Below are positions 16,782-26,977 of a stretch of DNA of 60,692 nt, in pieces (position 1 is the first letter of the stretch; every line of letters starts with the position of its first letter). The position numbers and the translations under genes are program-made. This stretch comes from Bacteroidota bacterium (GTDB taxonomy: Bacteria > Bacteroidota > Bacteroidia > Bacteroidales > JAADGE01), in contig JAYEIA010000199.1 of the NCBI GenBank assembly GCA_034659855.1, forward strand, positions 1-60,692. The letters are read 5' to 3'. Under the pieces are notes generated by a model that was given only the letters and a program-made list of their open reading frames with translations, was not told the DNA's origin and made no database searches.

Positions 16782-19700
16782 ATGAGTGAAGAGATATTAA
16801 AAGCATTAATGCAACTCTTTGCAATTATTGCAAAGCAGGATGAGGGTGCTGTCTCTAAGGAGGTAAAGTATATCGAAACTTTTTTGAGATCACAGCTCAG
16901 TGAGTCTCAGGTCAAAGTGTACTTGGATTTATTTGTTAAGAAAGCTCAGGTTGAAGAACGCAAACAAAAGCGTAAAGCTAAGAAAGAAGCTCTGAAAAAG
17001 GAAAAGACCGGCAACAATAAAGGCAGCGGTCTGACCAAAGTCGGCGACTCTGTTCGTGTGCTTGGTATTTGTCGTAAGATTAACAGAACGCTTACACAGC
17101 GACAAAAATTTATTGTTCTGGTTCGTTTGTTCGAAATGCTTACGGGCGAAAAGAAATTTACGGATCAGAGAATGGCCATTATCGTTACCGTGGCCGACGT
17201 TTTTAATATCGAAAAAGACATTTACAAGCAAATAGAGAGCTTCGTTTTGTCTGAAGAATATGCCGATTTTGATACAGAATCGGTCCTTATTGTTAATGAT
17301 AAGCCCTCCAAAAGTACATTAACCAAGAAAATAAATGCAGAGTTATCGCACGGGAGTGTTTTTGTATTACAAATTAGCTCTGTTGATTTATATTTTCTGA
17401 AGTACACCGGCAAAGCCGATGTGTTTTTAAACAGCACCGGAGTAAGGAAAAACAGAATTTATGTTTTTGCACCCGGCAGTACATTAAAACTTCCCAAAGG
17501 CAAACCAATATATTATAGTGATATCGCGGCAAAATTCATGACGGGGCTTAAAATTTCAAAACTGTCATTTTCTGTTAACAACCTGCGCTATCAGTTTAAA
17601 AACGGGTATATCGGGTTGCGTGATATTTCATTTGAAGTAAACCACGGGAAACTTGTCGGAATTATGGGAGCCAGCGGATCCGGTAAAACCACACTCGTCA
17701 ACGCCTTGTCGGGAATAACAACTCCCACCGGAGGCCGGGTGGATATCAACGGGCTTGATCTGCATGATCTCAAAAACAAAGATAAATTAGACGGGGTTAT
17801 CGGGTACATTCCGCAAGATGACCTTTTAATTGAAGAATTGACCGTTTTTCAAAATCTTTATTATAACGCAAAGCTTTGTTTTAAAGAAAAAACGGATGAG
17901 GATATCGAAAGCTTGGTACACAAAACTCTTAAAGATCTCGGGCTGCTTGAGAAGAGAAGTCTTAAAGTCGGTAATCCGATGAATAAGACCATAAGCGGGG
18001 GGCAAAGAAAGCGACTGAATATAGCATTGGAACTCATAAGAGAACCCTCCGTTCTTTTTGTCGATGAACCCACATCAGGACTTTCGTCAAGAGACTCGGA
18101 AAATGTAATGGAGCTGTTGAGTGAGTTGACACAAAAAGGAAAATTAATTTTTGTAGTCATACACCAGCCGTCATCCGAAATATATAAGATGTTTGATCGG
18201 ATGCTGATCTTGGATCAGGGCGGATATATGATTTATTACGGCAATCCGGTTCAAGCGGTAGTTTATTTTAAAACCATTGATAACCAGCTGAATAGTGAAG
18301 TGGGGGAATGTCCGGTTTGCGGCGATGTGAAACCGGAATTAATTTTTGATATTGTAGAAGCCGAAGTCGTTGATGAATTTGGACAATACATCGACATCAG
18401 AAAAATATCGCCGGAAGGATGGAACAAGCACTTCGAACAATGGAGAGATTCTGAGCATGTAGAAACCGAAGAAGAAGATCCGCCGGCAACACTGAACATT
18501 CCGAATTGGTTTAAGCAATTGGCTATTTTTACCACTCGCGACGTACTTTCAAAAGTAAGCAATTTACAATACATTGTACTCAATTTGTTGGAAGCCCCCT
18601 TATTAGCTTTCATATTATCATTCTTGATTCACTATATTGCCGACCCCAAATCATCCGTTTATATATTCTACGATAATGAAAATTTACCACCCTATATTTT
18701 TATGAGTATAATTGTGGCATTATTCTTAGGACTGACGGTGAGTGCCGAAGAAATATTCAGAGATCGGAAAATATTAGTCAGAGAGAAATTTTTAACCCTA
18801 AGTCGTTCAGCCTATCTGGTCTCAAAAATTTCTATACTTGTTGTAATCTCAGCCATACAGGCTATATTATTTGTGCTTATTGGAAATTCAATATTGGAAA
18901 TTTACAATATGACCTTTGAGTTCTGGATAGCACTTTTCTCTGTATTTGTTTTTGCCAATATGGTGGGGCTCAATATATCTCAGTCATTTAATTCAGCCGT
19001 TACAATATATATTCTTATTCCGTTGATAATGATTCCGTTGATGGCACTCGGAGGAGCCATGTTTAGTTTTGATAAATTGAACAGGAAAATAGGAAGTGTA
19101 GATAAAGTGCCTATGGTTGCCGAATTTATGGCCACCAGATGGGCCTACGAAGCCCTGATGGTGGAGCAATTTAAAACCAATAAATTTGAAGTCTCTTATT
19201 TTGATGTAGATCAACTTAAAAGTACAGCGGGTTACAAAAGAACACACCATATACCGGCATTTCAAGAGAGTTTGGATGCTTTGGAGATTATAGAAACAGA
19301 ACGTAACGAGCCCGGGATAGATACAGATTCTCTTGATGACGTCAAGTTGGAGCACCTGCTGTTACTTAAGAATGAAACACAAAAAGAGAACAGAGAATTA
19401 CGGATATTGAGAGCAAAATTAGCTCGCGACGGCGTGGATATTCACATTGACGATGAGAACACGTTTTATGTATCGGATGATTTATTGGCCGGTCTCGCTA
19501 TGGAAAAATACAATACAGAAGAAATAGGCGGTGAACTGGAGGAAAACTATACGGCTTGGGATCAATTTTACCAACAGTTATATACCTATGCCGATAAAAG
19601 AAAAGAAGAAATTATTTATTATCAGAACACGCAATCAAAGGGCTATTATAACCGAATGAGAAAGAAATATCACAACGAGCATTTGGATGATATCGTGAGG

Positions 19701-20021
19701 AATGTGTATGAAAGAAATAAAATATTGCACTACAAAGATAAGTTGATACGCCAAGAAGAACCCATATTTTTGATTCCTGATAATTCCGGTTTTATTGGTT
19801 TCAGAACACATTTTTATGCGCCGGTAAAGTATTTTTTCGGACGGTATTACGAAACGTTCAATTTTAATATTACGGTCATCTTTTTAATGTCATTATTGCT
19901 CTATCCGCCGTTGTATTATGAGCATTTAAAGAAAAGTTTGACATTCTTGGGAAATCGAAAATGGACCATGGATTTGAGTTTTTTAAAGCGTCTGTTTTCA
20001 AAAAAAACTAAAAAGAAATAA
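16782..20021 (+). CDS. Fused ABC transporter (NBD followed by ABC-2/ABCG-type membrane domain) with an N-terminal TerB-like domain, a beta-rich linker and a long C-terminal extension
   Basis: Walker A GASGSGKTT, signature ISGGQRKR and Walker B LFVDEPTSGL are followed by about 6 hydrophobic helices. The N-terminus ALMQLFAIIAKQDEGAVSKEVKYIETFL is TerB/DjlA-N-like. Confidence 0.75.
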   Translation: MSEEILKALMQLFAIIAKQDEGAVSKEVKYIETFLRSQLSESQVKVYLDLFVKKAQVEERKQKRKAKKEALKKEKTGNNKGSGLTKVGDSVRVLGICRKINRTLTQRQKFIVLVRLFEMLTGEKKFTDQRMAIIVTVADVFNIEKDIYKQIESFVLSEEYADFDTESVLIVNDKPSKSTLTKKINAELSHGSVFVLQISSVDLYFLKYTGKADVFLNSTGVRKNRIYVFAPGSTLKLPKGKPIYYSDIAAKFMTGLKISKLSFSVNNLRYQFKNGYIGLRDISFEVNHGKLVGIMGASGSGKTTLVNALSGITTPTGGRVDINGLDLHDLKNKDKLDGVIGYIPQDDLLIEELTVFQNLYYNAKLCFKEKTDEDIESLVHKTLKDLGLLEKRSLKVGNPMNKTISGGQRKRLNIALELIREPSVLFVDEPTSGLSSRDSENVMELLSELTQKGKLIFVVIHQPSSEIYKMFDRMLILDQGGYMIYYGNPVQAVVYFKTIDNQLNSEVGECPVCGDVKPELIFDIVEAEVVDEFGQYIDIRKISPEGWNKHFEQWRDSEHVETEEEDPPATLNIPNWFKQLAIFTTRDVLSKVSNLQYIVLNLLEAPLLAFILSFLIHYIADPKSSVYIFYDNENLPPYIFMSIIVALFLGLTVSAEEIFRDRKILVREKFLTLSRSAYLVSKISILVVISAIQAILFVLIGNSILEIYNMTFEFWIALFSVFVFANMVGLNISQSFNSAVTIYILIPLIMIPLMALGGAMFSFDKLNRKIGSVDKVPMVAEFMATRWAYEALMVEQFKTNKFEVSYFDVDQLKSTAGYKRTHHIPAFQESLDALEIIETERNEPGIDTDSLDDVKLEHLLLLKNETQKENRELRILRAKLARDGVDIHIDDENTFYVSDDLLAGLAMEKYNTEEIGGELEENYTAWDQFYQQLYTYADKRKEEIIYYQNTQSKGYYNRMRKKYHNEHLDDIVRNVYERNKILHYKDKLIRQEEPIFLIPDNSGFIGFRTHFYAPVKYFFGRYYETFNFNITVIFLMSLLLYPPLYYEHLKKSLTFLGNRKWTMDLSFLKRLFSKKTKKK

Positions 20022-20392
20022 TTTAGCATTGATTAATTTTTGTAAAGTATAGGTTCTACCACGAATTTAATGATAACTTGAAATTTGTTTATATGTAGTT
20101 AATATGTTGGATTTAATAAGTTGGAAATATTTCGAAAAAGGCAAAAAACCCGACTGTAATAATGAGCAACTATATTGCATCAATCAAAAAAAGCAATATT
20201 TAAACAATATTTCAACCACATTTATAACTATATTTAAATAGTGTTTTGTATAATATAAATATTTAACCACTAAAATAAGGGTAGTACCAAAGTATATATA
20301 TAACAAACCAACTGTTTTAACGTTATTACAAAAAGCAAGCTTTTGGATCGAAGGATAATTGGCAAAGTTTTTTTTAGCGTATGATTTTTTAT

Positions 20393-20400
20393 TATCTTTG
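20393..20400 (+). promoter_or_regulatory. -7 promoter box (TATCTTTG)
   Basis: Matches TAnnTTTG, 26 nt upstream of ATG 20426. Confidence 0.45.
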
Positions 20401-20425
20401 ATCTGAAAACTAATTTTTTAAGTAA

Positions 20426-21325
20426 ATGAATATGTTTAAAAAGGCATTATATCTAATTTTTGCAGCGTTTTTTGTTGTCTCCTGTGGCGATGGTGATGAT
20501 GAGGTTATACAAGGCCCCGAAAATGCCGGTGAAACTAATGAAGCACAGTTAGACCCTGCAGCAATTAACCGAATAATTGAAAGTTTACCGCCCCCCATTG
20601 AAACGGCTGCAACTATTGAGGATATGGATGTTCCGTACTCAAAAAATTATTTGGTCCCCTCTGAAAAGGCTGACGGTTTTGATACCAATTTTAAAAAAGC
20701 TGTCGGACTTGGGTTCTATAGTGCCGACTTAGGGTATTTGAATGTTTATAACAGAACAAACTCAATTGTTGAATACCTTACTGTAATAAAAAGAATTTCT
20801 GATGATTTGGACGTCGATCAATTTTTTGATTTTCAGACGTTGAAACGCTTAGCCACAAACAGTGAAGACCTTACCGAGTTAATGTTTTTGTCGGTAAACA
20901 GTTATCATAAAATGGACGATCATTTAAGAAGCACCAAGCGAAGTGACTTAAGTGCATTAATGGTTACCGGTGTTTGGTTGGAGGGCATGTACCTTTCGGC
21001 AAAAGTAAGCAAGCTTAAGAAAAATGATAAGATTAAAGATCGGGTAGGCGAACAGAAAGAAATTTTGGGAGATATGCTTTATGTTCTCAATTTTTTCGAA
21101 AAGAAACCCTATTTTCCCGATTTAATAAAAGATTTTGAAACACTCAAAGAGGCCTATCAAGACGTTGTTATTACAACTGAGCAGGTGGAGTCAAAAGAAG
21201 AAGTTATTGACGGTATTGTTGTGATTACACCCAATGAATTAACTTCAATTCACATGACTGATGAGCAGTTTAAAGAAATTAGCGATTTAATAATTAAAAT
21301 TCGAAATAAACTAATCTCCGCATAG
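20426..21325 (+). CDS. Hypothetical lipoprotein
   Basis: Signal peptide with lipobox-like FFVVSC. There is no recognisable catalytic motif. An alternative ATG is at 20432. Confidence 0.6.
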   Translation: MNMFKKALYLIFAAFFVVSCGDGDDEVIQGPENAGETNEAQLDPAAINRIIESLPPPIETAATIEDMDVPYSKNYLVPSEKADGFDTNFKKAVGLGFYSADLGYLNVYNRTNSIVEYLTVIKRISDDLDVDQFFDFQTLKRLATNSEDLTELMFLSVNSYHKMDDHLRSTKRSDLSALMVTGVWLEGMYLSAKVSKLKKNDKIKDRVGEQKEILGDMLYVLNFFEKKPYFPDLIKDFETLKEAYQDVVITTEQVESKEEVIDGIVVITPNELTSIHMTDEQFKEISDLIIKIRNKLISA

Positions 21326-21326
21326 C

Positions 21327-21788
21327 ATGAAGAAGACAACATTAATTTTATTTTTGTCCGCATTTTTTTTCCTTTTCATAGGAAACAATGAAGCAAAAGC
21401 TCAATGTAAGCAGCAAATGGTTTACCGTTGTGCCACCAAAGGGCGAAATGCAATATATTTAAGAGATTTTAATACCAAGCTGAGAAAAGTTCGAGGCGGA
21501 GAGGAATCCGGAACCAAATGGACCGTGGTTCTCAACAGAGGGACACGTTACCGGTTTATTTTATGTACACCGCCTGAATTTGAAAGTAAAGTAGAACTGA
21601 CACTTTTTGACAGCCAACACCCGGAACGAACCAAACCTTGGGGAAGAACCGAAAGTAATCGACCCATATTTGATTATGTTTGCGGCCGATCCGGCATGTA
21701 TTATGTCTCTATTCGCTACAAAGAAGGCTACGGCAAAAAGAAAACCTGTGCCGTGGGTATTATGTCTTTCGTGGGCAAAAATCAATAA
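21327..21788 (+). CDS. Hypothetical small secreted protein
   Basis: Signal peptide ending NNEAKAQ, followed by several Cys. It starts 1 nt after the previous stop, so an operon is likely. Confidence 0.55.
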   Translation: MKKTTLILFLSAFFFLFIGNNEAKAQCKQQMVYRCATKGRNAIYLRDFNTKLRKVRGGEESGTKWTVVLNRGTRYRFILCTPPEFESKVELTLFDSQHPERTKPWGRTESNRPIFDYVCGRSGMYYVSIRYKEGYGKKKTCAVGIMSFVGKNQ

Positions 21789-21816
21789 TAAAAAATCGAC
21801 ACATTTTATTAATTTC

Positions 21817-21850
21817 AAAAGGATAAATCCCGGATTTATCCTTTTGTCTT
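21817..21850 (+). terminator. Rho-independent terminator, potentially bidirectional
   Basis: AAAAGGATAAATC-CCG-GATTTATCCTTTT forms a 9-bp core stem extended by A/T pairs, followed by GTCTTTT, 29 nt after the stop at 21788. Confidence 0.7.
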
Positions 21851-21885
21851 TTGGTCTGTTGAAACAGCATCTACCATTAGAAAAT

Positions 21886-22008
21886 CCCTGCGGTATTACA
21901 AACCAATTCCCAAAATTGCCGTAGGTAAAACCTATTGGTAGCCCCGTATGTAGCCGTAGGCGGAAAGTGGGGTTAATATGACAAATTCCGTTTTAATCCC
22001 GTAGGGAT
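21886..22008. repeat. Cluster of short GC-rich mini-hairpins sharing a CCGTAGG core
   Basis: CCGTAGG occurs at 21919 and 21954. ATCCCGTAGGGAT is at 21996..22008. Variants are CCCTGCGG at 21886 and CCGTATG at 21944. All lie in otherwise AT-rich intergenic DNA. Confidence 0.6.
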
Positions 22009-22358
22009 GATATATTTTTGATAAAAAATACATTTATTTTTGAAAAAAAACCACAAAAAATAAAGATAGCCAATTGTTTGCATTTATATTTGAGTTCAGT
22101 TTTAAAACCTTATGAAATTGAAATCCCACAAAAGTAAAATGCAGAATACCGGTACGTTATTGTATTTGAGTGATTTTATTAAAGTTTTGATATTGAGCTG
22201 TTTTCACGTTTAACTTAAAAACTTTATACATTACAGACTGCACTCATTCATTATTTAGTTTTTTCAAAAAACACCAACTATTGTCAAACTAATGACCGAT
22301 AGTATCCATGGGAAAAATGTCTTTTCGGGGATAGTATTCCGGATGAAAATATAGCGTA

Positions 22359-23684
22359 TTATTCTTCGCCCTGCACTAAATTTCCGGTAATTTTCAAAAG
22401 GTCGGTACTCACGGCTATCAGGCTGTACTCGGCCTGTAAATTGGAGTAGGCGGCGTTGATGTAATTAATTTGAACATCACGGTAGTTGAACGAATTTATG
22501 GCTCCTCGATTGAATTTATCTTTTGAAATTTCCAGGTTGAGTTTTGCAGCTTCTAAGTTTTCCTTGGATACCCGAAGGATTTGTTTTCGCACCTCATACA
22601 TATCATATAGTGCATACAGACTGCTTTTGAGGGTTAATTGCAAGTCTTGGGTTTGGAGCTCGGATTGCCGTTTCTCAATTCGGGCATTGGTGATTTGTCG
22701 TGTTCTGTTGCCTCCGTTAAATATGGTATAGGACAGGCTTAAATTGGCGTAAAAATCATAGGAATACGAATCGGTGTAATCCCTGTCGTTGTATTTTACC
22801 CAAGATTTGGTATAGTCGGTGCCGCCGTTTAGTGATAAAGACGGATACAAAGAGCTTTGCGCAATTTTCAAACTGTTTTCACTCAACTCATTGCTCAGGC
22901 GACTCAGTTGCAGGCTTGTATTTTTTTGGAGCAGTTGATTATTCAGTTCGGAAAATTCAAAGCTTTGTTCCGTGGCCTGAAGACTGTCCGTTAGTGTGAA
23001 ATCAGTAAAAGAGGTGTCGCCCAATGCAATGCTTAGTCTTCGTTTTGAGGTTTTGTAAGCCGATTTTTGCGAAAGATAATTTGAGCTGTCTTGCAAAAAA
23101 GCATTTTTTACTTGCAGTACGTCATAGGTTACTGCCGTCCCTATTTCTTTTCGTGCCAATACGTATTGGTAGCGGTCTTTTGAAAGTTGCGTTAATTCTT
23201 TCATGACTTCCAGTTTCTCGTACTCTAATTGAACCCCGTAATAGGCATTGATAATTTCCGACAGGGTGTTTTCAAAGGTCAGACGCATGCTGAGTTCGGC
23301 AGATTTTTCCGACAGGGCTAAATTCTTTTTAACCGTTCGAATGCGAAATCCGTTGAATAAAATCATCTGTACATTAGCATTAGGCCGCAACGAATTGGAC
23401 AAGACGTCGTCTCTTTCGCCGGCAGTTACTTGGCTTTCTGTATTGTCGAATCGGTTGCCCTGATACACGCCGGCAGTCACGGTAGGCAACATGCCGGCAT
23501 TGCCGGCGGTGTTGTTGTTCTCGGCAATTTGAACATCAGCTTCAGAAATCTGTATTTGATAATTATTCTTCAATCCCGTACTAATAGCGTCGTCCAAGCT
23601 GAGAACAGCTGTCGTATCTTCTTGTGCGAAAAGTAAGTGGCCTGCAAACAGAGTAATTACGAATAATATTATATGTAATTTCAT
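22359..23684 (-). CDS. TolC-family outer membrane efflux protein
   Basis: 441 aa with a signal peptide. The two-repeat alpha/beta OEP-like sequence and the position downstream of the RND pump both fit. Confidence 0.8.
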   Translation of the reverse strand: MKLHIILFVITLFAGHLLFAQEDTTAVLSLDDAISTGLKNNYQIQISEADVQIAENNNTAGNAGMLPTVTAGVYQGNRFDNTESQVTAGERDDVLSNSLRPNANVQMILFNGFRIRTVKKNLALSEKSAELSMRLTFENTLSEIINAYYGVQLEYEKLEVMKELTQLSKDRYQYVLARKEIGTAVTYDVLQVKNAFLQDSSNYLSQKSAYKTSKRRLSIALGDTSFTDFTLTDSLQATEQSFEFSELNNQLLQKNTSLQLSRLSNELSENSLKIAQSSLYPSLSLNGGTDYTKSWVKYNDRDYTDSYSYDFYANLSLSYTIFNGGNRTRQITNARIEKRQSELQTQDLQLTLKSSLYALYDMYEVRKQILRVSKENLEAAKLNLEISKDKFNRGAINSFNYRDVQINYINAAYSNLQAEYSLIAVSTDLLKITGNLVQGEE

Positions 23685-23721
23685 GTATGGTAAATTTGAA
23701 AAAAATCAATGCGTGTTATGA

Positions 23722-26700
23722 TTATTTTATTTTTCGTTTACTGTGAATAACTGCAACCTCAACCTCTTCTCGTGTGGGATTATCGCCCTTGAAAAATCTT
23801 CGTAAAACCAATTTGCTGTCGTTTAAGACTAAGATTATTGCCGGGAACAGTATCAGAATAAATCCGGTGCCCACAAAGACTCCGTAGGCCAATGAAATGG
23901 CCATCGGAATAAGGAATTGAGCTTGAAAACTTTGTTCCAGTATCAGCGGATAAAGCCCGACACTGGTGGTTATAGTGGTCAGGACAATGGGTCTGAAGCG
24001 CGAAATAGCCGCTTGAGTAACCGCTTCTTTTACTTTTTTGCCTTCGACCAGCAAACGGTTATATTTTGACAAAAACACAACGGCATCATTGATGATAACG
24101 CCGGATAAGGCGACCATTCCCCAAGCACTCAGCATGGAGACAATTTTGCCTTCAATACCGTGGCCCCAAAGTGCCCCAACCCATGCCAGCGGTATCATTG
24201 ATAAAATGATGAGGGCTTGCCAAACCGAGCGAAAATGAATCATCAGAATTAGAAGAATGATAATGATGGCAACGGAAAAATATAAAGCTATTTCTTGGCT
24301 GGTTTCTTTGCTCCGCTTAGCCTGGCCTTGTTGTTCTACAGTTATTCCCGGGAATTTTTTATAAAGATCGGGCAATATTTTCAATTTTATTTCATCAAGA
24401 ATGGGCGGAACAGGAATATCCGGAGAAACTATACCGGCAGAAACGGTGATTTGTCTTCTGCTGTTGTATCGCTTAATATTAATTGGACCGCGCTTCATTT
24501 CGTAGTCAGCCAATTCGGACAGGGGGAAGTTACCGGCAGGGGTTTTAATTTTCATTCGTTCAAGCTGCCCAATAGTCATTCGGTTGTCTTTGGGATATCT
24601 TACCCATACTCGTAGTTCGTCTTTTCCGTGTTGTATGCGTTGAGCTTGGGTGCCGTAAAAACCCGCACGTACTTGGTGGCTTATGTAATTATAATCTAAT
24701 CCGAGCAAGTACGCTTTCGGTTTTAATTTTAGTTTCAGTTCGTTTTTTCCGGGAGCATTATCGTCAGAAATATTTTGAATGTTCTCAATACTTCTCATCC
24801 TGTTTTGAAGATAGGTTTTGGCTTGCAGCAATTCTTCGGTATTGTTGGAAAGCAGTGATAAGGAAATAGGAGCACCAAAACGGTTTCCTCGGGCATCTAT
24901 GCGAAGGCGAGCCAGTTCGGGTCTTTTTCCTATTTTTTCTTTTACCCGGTTTCTTATATCATAGGGGGTAATATCAGTCCCTTCCAAGTTTCTGAGACCG
25001 ACCATAATGGAACCGGCATGCGACCCGGTTTCTACGCCTTCAAAAGCTGAGCCAAGTATTTTAAATCGAAATTTTACAAAGTCCGTCGTATCTTGGTGCT
25101 CTTTCATAAGCTCTTGATTTACTGAACTGACAATGCTGTCAAATTCAGTCAAGTAGGCTTTGGTTTGTTTCTCACCCTCTCCGGGTTTAAAGGCAAAGTC
25201 CACCATAAAATTATCAAAAGACATCGCCGGAAAAAAGGTTGATTTAATAACTTCTCCGTTGAATAAACCTACGGTAAATAATACGATAAATATGGGTACG
25301 GATACAAAAATCCAACGCCATTTGATAATAATTTGTAAAAATTTGCCGTAAATACGGACTCGCATAAAGAAAATCCATTGATTGAGTTTTTTGCGAATGA
25401 TATTTGTTTTTTTTCCGTTTCTTCTCAGGACTTTCGGACTGCCGAGATGTGCCGGAAGAACAAAAAATGCTTCGACCAACGAAAACAGTAAACTAAATAT
25501 AACTACAAAGGCCATTTCGAACATAAATTCCATACCGCCTTGCTTAATCAGCAATAGAGGAGAAAAGGCAATGACGGTCGTTAATATTGAAGTCGTAACG
25601 GCCGGTATAACTTCCATGGTTCCGTCAACGGCTGCTTTCATCGGGCTTTTTCCGGTTTCAAAATGCGAAAAAATATTTTCTCCGATTACAATGCCGTCAT
25701 CCACTAAAATTCCGATAACCAATATCATACCAAAGAGAGAAATCATATTTATGGTGATGCCGTACATTACCCCAAGGATAAACATGGCCAGAAATGCAGA
25801 CGGAATACCCCAAGCCACCCATCCTGAAAGTCTTAAGTTTAAAAATAAAGCCAAGGTTACCAATACCAAAAACAAGCCCATTCCACCGTTGGTATACAAG
25901 AGGTTGAGTCGGCTTTTAAGAAGTGTCAAAAAATCAAAATTGACATGAATTTTGACGTCTTCATGTTCTGCATTGAATTGTTCGGCGTAGGAATTGGTAT
26001 ATACTGAAATTTCTTCCAAATCTTCCTCCGGCAGTTTGCTAATCATGAGTTGAACGGCTTGTTTGCCGTCGAGCTGAATAGAATTTGACACATCGGCAAA
26101 TTTTTGCTTTACCACAGCAATATCTCGGAGTCTTATAAAGCTTCCGTCAGCTTGGCCTCTGATAATAATTTCTTTCAACTCATTGGGGTCAACCGTTCGG
26201 TTTCTTGAGCGTATAATAAATTCTTTATCGGGTGATTTAATTTGTCCGGCCGACAAATCAATATTGTTTGATGCGACGGCTTGTCTAAGGTCTTCAAATG
26301 TAAGGTTATGCCTTAATAAATTTTCCTCAGAGACTTCAATGGATAACTCCAAGGGCGGAAATCCCTGTATTCCGATTTGAGAAATTTTGCCCGACGCCAA
26401 AAAATCATCTTCAATTTCATAGGCATAGTCTTTTAGTGTTTCAAGACTTGTATTTCCGTACAGGCTCATATACATCGCCATACTCATGGAGCGTTGCTTG
26501 GAAACGATGGGGCGTTCGGCGGCAGTGGGGAATGAACTGATGCCGTCAACGGCATTTTTTACTTCTGCTAAGGTTTCGTCAATGTCGTATTCGCCGGTTG
26601 TTTCTATGCGTACGGTACAAAAGTTTTCTGAGGATGTAGAATTGATTTCTTTGATGCCCACCAATCCTCTGACGGCTTGTTCTATGCGGGTAGTAATTCC

Positions 26701-26886
26701 TTCGTCCATCTCTTTTGGCGATGCACCGGGGTAGGCCACACTTACGGTGATGTTTCGGGAGGCTGTTTCCGGAAAAAAAGATTTTTTCATATTCAGAAAT
26801 GCAGCCACACCACCAATTAATAATATGGCAATAATAATATTTGCATAAAAAGGATATTTAACGAAAGTTTGTACAATTTTTCTCAT
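23722..26886 (-). CDS. RND efflux pump inner-membrane permease (AcrB/CzcA superfamily)
   Basis: 1054 aa. It has a 12-TM-like hydrophobicity layout with two large loops, and the N-terminus FVKYPFYANIIIAILLIGG is typical. Confidence 0.88.
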   Translation of the reverse strand: MRKIVQTFVKYPFYANIIIAILLIGGVAAFLNMKKSFFPETASRNITVSVAYPGASPKEMDEGITTRIEQAVRGLVGIKEINSTSSENFCTVRIETTGEYDIDETLAEVKNAVDGISSFPTAAERPIVSKQRSMSMAMYMSLYGNTSLETLKDYAYEIEDDFLASGKISQIGIQGFPPLELSIEVSEENLLRHNLTFEDLRQAVASNNIDLSAGQIKSPDKEFIIRSRNRTVDPNELKEIIIRGQADGSFIRLRDIAVVKQKFADVSNSIQLDGKQAVQLMISKLPEEDLEEISVYTNSYAEQFNAEHEDVKIHVNFDFLTLLKSRLNLLYTNGGMGLFLVLVTLALFLNLRLSGWVAWGIPSAFLAMFILGVMYGITINMISLFGMILVIGILVDDGIVIGENIFSHFETGKSPMKAAVDGTMEVIPAVTTSILTTVIAFSPLLLIKQGGMEFMFEMAFVVIFSLLFSLVEAFFVLPAHLGSPKVLRRNGKKTNIIRKKLNQWIFFMRVRIYGKFLQIIIKWRWIFVSVPIFIVLFTVGLFNGEVIKSTFFPAMSFDNFMVDFAFKPGEGEKQTKAYLTEFDSIVSSVNQELMKEHQDTTDFVKFRFKILGSAFEGVETGSHAGSIMVGLRNLEGTDITPYDIRNRVKEKIGKRPELARLRIDARGNRFGAPISLSLLSNNTEELLQAKTYLQNRMRSIENIQNISDDNAPGKNELKLKLKPKAYLLGLDYNYISHQVRAGFYGTQAQRIQHGKDELRVWVRYPKDNRMTIGQLERMKIKTPAGNFPLSELADYEMKRGPINIKRYNSRRQITVSAGIVSPDIPVPPILDEIKLKILPDLYKKFPGITVEQQGQAKRSKETSQEIALYFSVAIIIILLILMIHFRSVWQALIILSMIPLAWVGALWGHGIEGKIVSMLSAWGMVALSGVIINDAVVFLSKYNRLLVEGKKVKEAVTQAAISRFRPIVLTTITTSVGLYPLILEQSFQAQFLIPMAISLAYGVFVGTGFILILFPAIILVLNDSKLVLRRFFKGDNPTREEVEVAVIHSKRKIK

Positions 26887-26977
26887 TAGATGGGTTGTTT
26901 ACTTCAATATTTTTTTGAAATCTCTTTGATTGCTTATTCCCGGTAGTTAAAGCAATAATCCTTTTAAAAAGCCTGTT

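Noticed and set aside
21607-21924. 105-aa ORF spanning the end of the 153-aa gene and the intergenic region
   Set aside because: It overlaps a better-supported CDS out of frame. It also reads through the terminator hairpin and the CCGTAGG hairpin cluster.
25382-25948. Antisense ORFs inside long genes (also 752..1195, 34799..35209, 36953..37510, 41266..41670, 59730..60182 and others in the track)
   Set aside because: Each lies fully within, and opposite to, a gene with strong family motifs. These are typical shadow ORFs.
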